Shown here: in pieces, positions 56,758 to 64,000 of the stretch
Layout: each line of letters starts with the position of its first letter
How positions within the stretch are numbered: the stretch's first letter is position 1
Assembly: GCA_035714745.1 (NCBI GenBank)
Contig: DASTLR010000008.1
Span: 7,394-71,393, forward strand
Direction: 5' to 3'
From: Minisyncoccota bacterium
GTDB taxonomy: Bacteria > Patescibacteriota > Minisyncoccia > Phycocordibacterales > UBA6065
Length of the DNA: 64,000 bases
The notes under the pieces: model-generated
Database searches by the model: none
Seen by the model: only the letters and a program-made list of their open reading frames with translations
What the model was told of the DNA's origin: nothing
Program-made: the position numbers and the translations under genes

Positions 56758-56837
56758 AAAAGAGCCCTAATTTAGAAGGGCAGACCAGTACCCCCTAAAT
56801 CAGGGCTCGTTTCAGAGCTTAATTACTGGTCTGTCCC
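56758..56837 (-). terminator. Terminator hairpin with loop complementary to upstream sequence
   Basis: 18-bp stem (3 G-U on minus) plus TTTT; loop TACTGGTCTG pairs with upstream CAGACCAGTA. Confidence 0.6.
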
Positions 56838-56842
56838 AAATA

Positions 56843-56983
56843 TTACTTATTGCCTTTCAATTCAGCCTCAATGAGCTCGATTGCCTCCTGGAGAAGAAGA
56901 TCAGCAACTCGGCGAGCCAAAGTAACCTCTGGGTCTTTTACCCAAGTAGGCTCTTCTATTCGCTTATCCTGCTTCTTTGCCAT
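56843..56983 (-). CDS. 46-aa small protein (not in ORF track)
   Basis: MAKKQDKRIEEPTWVKDPEVTLARRVADLLLQEAIELIEAELKGNK, amphipathic helix. Confidence 0.5.
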   Translation of the reverse strand: MAKKQDKRIEEPTWVKDPEVTLARRVADLLLQEAIELIEAELKGNK

Positions 56984-57059
56984 AATTTATTATTTGCAGG
57001 GCGATTATAAAAAAGCAGAGCAAGTTCATTGCTCCGCTTAAAGGGGGTGGTTAAGAGGG

Positions 57060-57752
57060 TTATAGTTTTCTACTCTTTATTTTGGCCATTATTTTTCTTG
57101 CCTGCGAGAGAGACACTCTCAAATGTCCGGCCATTTTTTCATCACCGCAATCAGGATTTGCCTTCAAAAACTCCTTGGCTTCCCATTCGAGGTTTTTTGT
57201 TTTTTCTTCTTTCGGTTTAACTTTTTTTGAGAGTGGATGCTTCGATGAAATTGAGTTCTTAAGACTCCTGTCGATTTCTGACCAATTGTCCTCAATGTAT
57301 TTAATGAGCTCAGGTTTGCTAGCCCCAGGTTCGACGTAGATTTCTGCGTAAGCGAAATTCTCGATGTCATCACCAGCATTTTTTATTTTATGAGAAACTC
57401 CCAAGGATGTATTCGAAATCCCTCCGAACAGGGTTTTTTCTACTATTGCCGCTACGACCAAGCCGTTATCAAAATTAAATTTTTTTGATACCGAATCATA
57501 CAACTCTGATTGTGCTTCCAGGAAAATCCTCTGAGTTTCTGGTTGGCGTATGGTATGACCTGCCAGTTTCATACCTCGCGTCAGTTTTATTTGTTCGATG
57601 TCGGAGAGCCATTTCCGAAACTCTTGAACAGTTTTAACCTCGTTTCTAAAAGGCAAAAAAGCTACCTTAAGTGCGTCTATGTCCTCATCCAGGTCGATTT
57701 TGAGCATCAATTTATCTACCCACTCTTCTAGTCTGTTGGCTGGTCTCTCCAT
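57060..57752 (-). CDS. Hypothetical protein with possible C-terminal HTH
   Basis: 230-aa ORF; NP...DEKMAGHLRVSLSQARKI is HTH-like. Confidence 0.7.
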   Translation of the reverse strand: MERPANRLEEWVDKLMLKIDLDEDIDALKVAFLPFRNEVKTVQEFRKWLSDIEQIKLTRGMKLAGHTIRQPETQRIFLEAQSELYDSVSKKFNFDNGLVVAAIVEKTLFGGISNTSLGVSHKIKNAGDDIENFAYAEIYVEPGASKPELIKYIEDNWSEIDRSLKNSISSKHPLSKKVKPKEEKTKNLEWEAKEFLKANPDCGDEKMAGHLRVSLSQARKIMAKIKSRKL

Positions 57753-57805
57753 AGCTTAATCTTATGTCATTTTGGACGTGCATAAAATGACAAAAGGAAT
57801 AGTAT

Positions 57806-58942
57806 GTGGGTATGCCAGATATTCCCAAACAGTATTTTCTATACTATTTCCCTTACCTCACAATGAGAGATGTCGAGGAGATAGATTTTGGATTTATCAA
57901 GATTTGGAACTTTGATAAGAAGAAGGATGCTTATATCTCTGACCCTGCTCTTAAGGCAAAAATTACACAGATTCTTGCTAACTACCAATCCCAGTTTTAT
58001 CCAGTTAGAGGTATTGGAATAGCTTCTATTGGTACTAATGATTTTAGGAAATTTACACCTGAAGAGGCGGCGGATCTTCATACTGCAAAATACATTCTTT
58101 TCATTTCCGCTCTTGCATATAACAACCTCCATACTGCAAATGTAAATATCGGACACGCTATGTTTAGTTCGGAAAATTTCGAGAGCATGATATTTAGCAT
58201 GGTCTTAGACAGTGAGTACATGTCTGAACCTGGAGGATTCGTCATAAATATGCTTCATGGAGGTATTGAGATAAGTAAGAATCTCCAAAAGACACCCTCT
58301 TACATATTAAATCCGTCTCGCCTGAATTTAGATGTGGATTTGTTTAATACACTCATCAAACTAAGGAAGCGTAGGCCAAAATTCTTTAAAAGATTAATAT
58401 CGGCAATCGAAGTTTTCTATGAAAGCTATTACAATTCGCCTCAAGTCAGTGAAAAGGCACGTATCTTGCTCCTTACAAGTGCTTTTGAGATGCTTTTACA
58501 GTCTGAACCTGGGGCAGGCAGAGAAAAGACAAAAAACTTTATCGCTTTGCATGCTAACGTTCCCGAAGATCGAAAATATTCTTATTACTCCGAGAGAAGA
58601 GGTGGTGTAGTCAGGGAGAGCGGAACCCGAAAGGAAATATGGGCTGATAGGTTTTTTAGTCTTCGAAATCATATTGCTCACGGAGATATCGTTCCTAAGA
58701 CAGAATTTCTTTATAAGTCACAAAGGCACTTCGATATTGCCCCGCTATTCTTTGTCTTTACTCTTAAAAAGAAAATAGACCTGTATTTAAGGAGAGATAT
58801 CTTTGGTGACGAAATTGAGTGGAAGAAGTGGACAGATGAAAATACAATCCCTATTACGGAGTATGAGGGGTTTGCGTACAATGCAACTAAAGGGAAATTG
58901 AGAAAACTTTTTAATAAACTAAGAAAGAGGAAACGCCCATGA
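57806..58942 (+). CDS. HEPN-domain protein (ApeA-like architecture)
   Basis: LLTSAFEMLL and LRNHIAHG (RxxxxH) motifs in the C-terminal half. Confidence 0.75.
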   Translation: MGMPDIPKQYFLYYFPYLTMRDVEEIDFGFIKIWNFDKKKDAYISDPALKAKITQILANYQSQFYPVRGIGIASIGTNDFRKFTPEEAADLHTAKYILFISALAYNNLHTANVNIGHAMFSSENFESMIFSMVLDSEYMSEPGGFVINMLHGGIEISKNLQKTPSYILNPSRLNLDVDLFNTLIKLRKRRPKFFKRLISAIEVFYESYYNSPQVSEKARILLLTSAFEMLLQSEPGAGREKTKNFIALHANVPEDRKYSYYSERRGGVVRESGTRKEIWADRFFSLRNHIAHGDIVPKTEFLYKSQRHFDIAPLFFVFTLKKKIDLYLRRDIFGDEIEWKKWTDENTIPITEYEGFAYNATKGKLRKLFNKLRKRKRP

Positions 58943-59658
58943 AAAACCTACCCAAAGTAAAAAACAATTCCCAGACCGATCCCTTGGAGTCGGTTGAGTT
59001 ATCTGGAAAGCAAATAAAAGATGTCATTGAGTCCTCCGGAGTAAATCTAGTCGCCAGTTTTATTCCTGGACTTGGCAAGTTTCTTGAATGTATAGACTAT
59101 GCAAACCAAAAAATAAGAGAAGAGAAACTGAATAATGTATTAAAGATTTTCATATCTCATTTCGATTCATTGGATGAGGCTCTCGCTCAAATTAAGAAAC
59201 TCGTCAGCAATCGATCTGGAATTATTTTGTTTCAAAAAATAATACAGATCGTAGACAACGGGTCTTCTGATGATGAATGGTTAAACATACTAGCAAACAT
59301 ACTGAAAAACATAGCGGAGGAAGATATTACTAAACACTTTGATGAAAGGAGTTATTTTCTCGCACAAATTGATCGCCTAACACCACAGGCCTTGATTATT
59401 ATTAGTAAATACGACCTCTGGATGCAGGCTCATATCCAAGATACAACCACTACTAGCGGACAAACAGCCTCTGGTAATTGGAGTGAGCAAGTTACTGGTT
59501 TTCTCAAAACAAAAATTGGAATTTCTGATGGTCAGACTGGAGCTAGGATCAATCATTCCTTCCGTGAACTGGAATCGGCGGGGATGATTAAATTGGAAGG
59601 ACACCAAATCAGGCTCACCCCTGTTGGTAACGAGATTCGCCGAATGATGAAAAAATAA
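58939..59658 (+). CDS. Hypothetical protein with C-terminal winged-helix-like motif
   Basis: FRELESAGMIK....RLTPVG; 4-bp overlap with the HEPN gene. Confidence 0.7.
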   Translation: MKNLPKVKNNSQTDPLESVELSGKQIKDVIESSGVNLVASFIPGLGKFLECIDYANQKIREEKLNNVLKIFISHFDSLDEALAQIKKLVSNRSGIILFQKIIQIVDNGSSDDEWLNILANILKNIAEEDITKHFDERSYFLAQIDRLTPQALIIISKYDLWMQAHIQDTTTTSGQTASGNWSEQVTGFLKTKIGISDGQTGARINHSFRELESAGMIKLEGHQIRLTPVGNEIRRMMKK

Positions 59659-59663
59659 ATTCA

Positions 59664-60437
59664 ATGAAAGAAGGAACTTGTAAATTATGTCTGGAATACA
59701 AAAAGTTATGCAAAGAATCTCATATAATTCCGAAGTCTTTATATAGACTTCTAGCTGGAGAAAATAATCAACTGATATATATCAACGAGGAGAAATCGAA
59801 ACCTAAATACAATAGCGAATACGAAGGCGGTATTTTGTGTGAGAATTGCGATAACAAAGTGATTGGGTTACTTGATGACTATGCGGCAAAATTCATCTAC
59901 GGCGAGTTTCCAAATAAAGGGACTTCGGGGACGGAATGGATAGAAGGGCGTGAGACTGTAATTCGAGAAAACGATCCGAGTTACGATTATTCGCGTTTTA
60001 AACTATTTCTGCTTTCTGTTTTATGGAGAGCTAGTATCTCTTCGAGACCTTTCTTTCAAAAACTGAAGCTTCCTTCCGCCATAGAAGAAGATTTGAGGCA
60101 AAGAATCCTTACGGGTAGCCCAGGACAACCAGACGAATATCCATGTTTCATACACTTGCCCCCATTAATCACTCAACCGGACGGAAGGCGTGGTTTTGAG
60201 ACGTTCTACATGCAAACTATGTCTCCAATTTATATGGATAGGGGTGAGCTGAAAATGTGTGAGTTCATCATTCAAGGTATGCACTATTACTTCATAATTG
60301 CTCGTCCTGCGAACATGAATGTTCTTCCTTCGGTTGATACAAACAGACTAACCATGGCTTTTAGTAAGCCTGAGGAACATACCCAAATTATTCAAACCAT
60401 ACTCGATTTTATGAAGGGGCATCCTAAACGGAAATGA
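59664..60437 (+). CDS. HNH-like endonuclease
   Basis: CKLC...ESHIIPK...LCENCDN. Confidence 0.7.
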   Translation: MKEGTCKLCLEYKKLCKESHIIPKSLYRLLAGENNQLIYINEEKSKPKYNSEYEGGILCENCDNKVIGLLDDYAAKFIYGEFPNKGTSGTEWIEGRETVIRENDPSYDYSRFKLFLLSVLWRASISSRPFFQKLKLPSAIEEDLRQRILTGSPGQPDEYPCFIHLPPLITQPDGRRGFETFYMQTMSPIYMDRGELKMCEFIIQGMHYYFIIARPANMNVLPSVDTNRLTMAFSKPEEHTQIIQTILDFMKGHPKRK

Positions 60438-60453
60438 AACTAATGCACATTTG

Positions 60454-60481
60454 TTGACTATACCCCTAGGGGGTATATACT
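60454..60481 (+). promoter_or_regulatory. Promoter with CsoR-type operator
   Basis: TTGACT...TATACT with TATACCCC-tag-GGGGTATA palindrome (60459-60477) between them. Confidence 0.85.
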
Positions 60482-60487
60482 TTCGAC

Positions 60488-60757
60488 ATGACAAAAAATC
60501 CATCGAAAACAAAATTATCTCGTCGTCTCAAAATCGTTGAGGGTCAAATCAGAGGCCTTCAAGAGATGATCGAAAAGGACGCGTATTGTATAGACGTCAT
60601 CACCCAAACCTCGGCCGTGAAGCAAGCTCTCTCGGGTATTGAGGACGCTCTTATGGAACATCACCTCTCTACCTGTGCTGTAGATCAGATGCAGGGCGGC
60701 AAGTCTGAGAAAACTAAGCAAGAAATCCTTAAGGTCTATAGGCTTAAGCGAAAATAA
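60488..60757 (+). CDS. csoR: CsoR/RcnR-family metal-sensing repressor
   Basis: RLKIVEGQIRGL, YCIDV, HLSTC. Confidence 0.92.
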   Translation: MTKNPSKTKLSRRLKIVEGQIRGLQEMIEKDAYCIDVITQTSAVKQALSGIEDALMEHHLSTCAVDQMQGGKSEKTKQEILKVYRLKRK

Positions 60758-60760
60758 TCT

Positions 60761-63052
60761 ATGTATACCCAAACCTACAAAGTAAAAGGAATGCATTGTG
60801 CCTCATGTGCAGGCATAATCGAAAAAACCTTCAAAAAAACGGAGGGTGTGAAATCTGCTGAGGTAAATTACGGAACTGAGACTGCAAAAGTCGCTTTTGA
60901 TACTTCTAAAGTAAATCCACACCGCCTTTCAGAGAAAATCGAGAAATTGGGGTACTCTCTCGTCGTGCCTTCCGCAGAGGATATGAATATGTCGTCATCT
61001 GAACACGCGGCTCACCTAGGTCTCAACCAATCTAAAAAAGAAAAGCTTATTGAGATAAAAGATATGCAAAGCAAGGTCTTTTCCGTCATCCCACTCGCAG
61101 TCTTTAGTATCTTCGTCATGGGATGGGATATTCTCGCTCAGTTCGGCGTTCTGCCCGAAATGAGTCGAACGATATATGAGTTCTTCCACCACCTACTCCC
61201 AATATTCGCGACATACACTCTTTTCGTAGTCGGCAAGCCGTACCTTATGGGCATGTTCCGTTTCTTCCGCTATGGCAAGGCGAACATGGACACGCTCATA
61301 GGCATAGGAACGTCAGTGGCTTTTCTCTATAGCTTTATTGTTACTGCATTTGAAGAATCTCTCGCTCCATATATTAACGTTGAGCATAATTATTACGACG
61401 TAACGATTGTCGTCATCACATTCATTGCTCTCGGTAAATACCTTGAAGCCCGTGCAAAGGTGAAAACAGGCGATGCAATCGAAAAGCTTGTTGGCCTTCA
61501 GGCAAAGACCGCTTTGGTTATAAGGGACGGCAAGGAGCAAGAGATCGCCGTATCGGATGTAAGGCATGGAGACCTCATCATCGTAAAGCCAGGTGCAAAG
61601 ATCCCTGTAGATGGAGTTGTAGTTGAGGGTGCTTCATTTATAGATGAATCAATGATCACGGGTGAACCAATGCCCGTCGAGAAGAAAGTAGGAGATTCTG
61701 TCGTGGCGGGTACCATAAACACTAATAGCACTTTTACATTCAAGGCTACAAAAGTCGGTTCTGAAACGCTTATTGCTCATATCATAAAAATGGTAGAGGA
61801 AGCTCAGGGCAGTAAAGCTCCCATTCAAGCCCTCGCAGATAAAATATCGGCTGTATTCGTCCCCATAGTCCTCGTAGTCGCTTTTGTTACCCTTGGAGTG
61901 TGGTTACTTGTTGGAACAAGCTCTTTTGGTTTCTCTCAGGCTCTCTCATACGGATTAACTTCATTTGTAGGCATACTTGTCATCGCTTGCCCATGTGCCC
62001 TCGGCCTTGCCACTCCCACCGCAATCATCGTCGGCGTAGGTAAAGGTGCTAAGGAGGGCATCCTCATTAAGGACGCCGCTACGCTCGAAAAGCTCCACAA
62101 AGTTGATACCATCGTCGTAGATAAGACGGGTACGATCACCAGAGGCAAACCAGAACTTACGAGCATACAGAACCACTCAAAGCTTCCTGACGATAAGATC
62201 ATTTCTATCCTTACTTCTCTCGAAAGCAAATCGGAGCATCCTATAGCTCACGCTGTCATTGAATATGCCAAGGCTAAGTCTATTAGTCTCGTACCTGTTG
62301 AAAAACCAGAGATCATCAAGGGTAAAGGAATCAAAGGGACTATCTCGGGTACAGAATATTTCGCAGGCAACACGAGGCTTCTTTCCGATCTCGGCCTTTC
62401 GATCGATACCCAAAAGCTCGAGGTTGATACGAAAGAAGGAAAGACGCCTGTCATACTCTCAACCAAGAGCGAAATTCTAGCTGTCGTCATGGTCGCAGAT
62501 GCCGTGAAGAACGAAGCAGTGGAAGCAGTTAAGAGCCTTCACAAGCTTGGTATCAAAATCGTTATGCTCACGGGCGATAATAAACATACCGCTCAAGCTA
62601 TCGCAAAAGAGGTCGGCATTGATGATGTGGTCGCTGAAGTGTTGCCAGACGACAAACTTAATAAGATCAAAGAACTTCAAGAAGCGGGTCATATCGTAGC
62701 TATGGCGGGAGACGGCGTTAATGACGCTCCTGCTCTCGCTCAGGCGGATGTCGGCATTGCTATGGGCACAGGAACCGATGTCGCTATAGAGACCGCAGGC
62801 ATTACGCTTCTTCATGGAGATATTTCAAAGCTTGTGAAAGCAATACGGCTCTCGAAGTTAACAATGCGAGGCATCAAGCAGAATCTTTTCTGGGCGTTTA
62901 TCTATAACGTAGTCGGCATTCCTCTCGCCGCAGGATTATTCTTCCCATTCTTCGGGTGGCTTCTCAGTCCCGTATTCGCAGGTCTCGCTATGGCGTTCTC
63001 AAGCGTTTCAGTCGTTGGAAATTCGCTTCGCCTTAAAGCTAAAAACTTATAA
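60761..63052 (+). CDS. copA: Cu(I)-translocating P1B ATPase
   Basis: [45 protein letters not shown]. Confidence 0.95.
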   Translation: MYTQTYKVKGMHCASCAGIIEKTFKKTEGVKSAEVNYGTETAKVAFDTSKVNPHRLSEKIEKLGYSLVVPSAEDMNMSSSEHAAHLGLNQSKKEKLIEIKDMQSKVFSVIPLAVFSIFVMGWDILAQFGVLPEMSRTIYEFFHHLLPIFATYTLFVVGKPYLMGMFRFFRYGKANMDTLIGIGTSVAFLYSFIVTAFEESLAPYINVEHNYYDVTIVVITFIALGKYLEARAKVKTGDAIEKLVGLQAKTALVIRDGKEQEIAVSDVRHGDLIIVKPGAKIPVDGVVVEGASFIDESMITGEPMPVEKKVGDSVVAGTINTNSTFTFKATKVGSETLIAHIIKMVEEAQGSKAPIQALADKISAVFVPIVLVVAFVTLGVWLLVGTSSFGFSQALSYGLTSFVGILVIACPCALGLATPTAIIVGVGKGAKEGILIKDAATLEKLHKVDTIVVDKTGTITRGKPELTSIQNHSKLPDDKIISILTSLESKSEHPIAHAVIEYAKAKSISLVPVEKPEIIKGKGIKGTISGTEYFAGNTRLLSDLGLSIDTQKLEVDTKEGKTPVILSTKSEILAVVMVADAVKNEAVEAVKSLHKLGIKIVMLTGDNKHTAQAIAKEVGIDDVVAEVLPDDKLNKIKELQEAGHIVAMAGDGVNDAPALAQADVGIAMGTGTDVAIETAGITLLHGDISKLVKAIRLSKLTMRGIKQNLFWAFIYNVVGIPLAAGLFFPFFGWLLSPVFAGLAMAFSSVSVVGNSLRLKAKNL

Positions 63053-63054
63053 TC

Positions 63055-64000
63055 ATGAAAACATACACTTTCCACATCCAAGGAATGCACTGTAAAGCAT
63101 GTATAGCTCTTACCGAAAGTGAACTCGGCGATATTCAGGAGATCACGCACGCTAAAGCATCGCTTGATAATCACACAGTGACAATTTCTGGTGAATTTGG
63201 AGACAAAACTCCTGAAGAGATAGCGAACAGCCTTACGTCAGTTCTCAAACCACACGGCTACACACTTTCTGTCGAGAAACAGAATCATGTAGTTAATTGG
63301 TCGCAGTTTAAAGTAGCCCTCCCAATCGCGGCCGCATTTGTCGCCGTATTTATCATTCTCCAAAAGCTTGGAATAGTGAATCTCGTGACCACGTCGAATG
63401 TCGGATACGGGACGGCGTTTCTAATCGGTATGATTGCTTCAGTATCAACTTGCATGGCAGTCGTGGGTGGACTTGTTCTCTCCATGTCGGCCAACTATGC
63501 GAAAGAGAATGATAAAGTTCGCCCGCAAGTTCTTTTCCATATCGGCAGACTTGTATCATTCTTCGTGCTTGGTGGCGTAATTGGGGCTATCGGGTCAGCA
63601 TTTCAGCTTAACGGAACAGGTACATTCATTTTGAGTCTCCTTGTTGCGATAATCCTTTTGATCCTTGGCATAAACCTGCTTGATATATTCCCGTGGGCAA
63701 AGAAGCTTCAACCTTCGCTTCCAAGCTTTATAACGAATCATGTTCGAGGCTTGAAAAAAATAAACCACACACTTACACCCCTTCTTATCGGCGTTGCCAC
63801 CTTCTTCCTTCCATGTGGGTTCACTCAATCCATGCAAATATACTCGCTCACAACGGGTAGTTTCTGGACTGGAGCGATGACGATGTTTTTCTTTGCACTT
63901 GGAACGCTTCCTGTACTCGCGATTCTATCCTTTAGCTCGATGGGAATACACGACAAGGTGAAGTCGGGCATCTTCTTCAAATCGGCAGGTCTCATCGTAT
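63055..64000 (+). CDS. HMA domain + DsbD/TauE-like membrane protein (3' truncated; not in ORF track)
   Basis: MKTYTFHIQGMHCKAC; STCMAVVGG, FFLPCGFTQSMQ, FALGT. Confidence 0.85.
   Translation, partial: MKTYTFHIQGMHCKACIALTESELGDIQEITHAKASLDNHTVTISGEFGDKTPEEIANSLTSVLKPHGYTLSVEKQNHVVNWSQFKVALPIAAAFVAVFIILQKLGIVNLVTTSNVGYGTAFLIGMIASVSTCMAVVGGLVLSMSANYAKENDKVRPQVLFHIGRLVSFFVLGGVIGAIGSAFQLNGTGTFILSLLVAIILLILGINLLDIFPWAKKLQPSLPSFITNHVRGLKKINHTLTPLLIGVATFFLPCGFTQSMQIYSLTTGSFWTGAMTMFFFALGTLPVLAILSFSSMGIHDKVKSGIFFKSAGLIV

Larger units (their letters stand above)
53889..64000. mobile_element. Integrative genomic island at tRNA-His (right end outside window)
   Basis: Abrupt shift to AT-richer sequence, large serine recombinase abutting the tRNA, accessory cargo. 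Confidence 0.85.

Noticed and set aside
53889-64000. Intact prophage
   Set aside because: No terminase, capsid, tail or replication genes in the visible part.

Overview
The window looks like chromosomal DNA of a Patescibacteria/CPR (Parcubacteria-like) bacterium using the standard code (TGA is a stop). This is inferred from gene content: PilM/N/O and PilB, a PrgI-VirB4 cluster, a short YebC, tRNA-Arg(GCG), and near-universal leaderless promoters. It spans the replication-origin region (yidC-rnpA-rpmH-dnaA-oriC-dnaN) and many DNA repair/recombination genes (xth, comM, pcrA, ruvABC, polA, mutM), with 7 tRNAs. A ~12 kb T4SS-like locus lies next to the origin. From tRNA-His (~53.9 kb) to the window end there is a visibly AT-richer island with a large serine recombinase, a HEPN/wHTH/HNH three-gene cassette and a CsoR-CopA copper module. 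The most unusual observations are non-coding. (1) A covarying three-way-junction motif closed by an 18-26 bp stem occurs in-frame inside polA and upstream of pilB, with a possible variant upstream of ruvB. (2) A 33-bp direct-repeat motif sits at identical spacing from the -10 box of comM and of an unannotated small gene. (3) Two unidentified, promoter-bearing structured RNA candidates. All calls are from reading the sequence; no database search was run.
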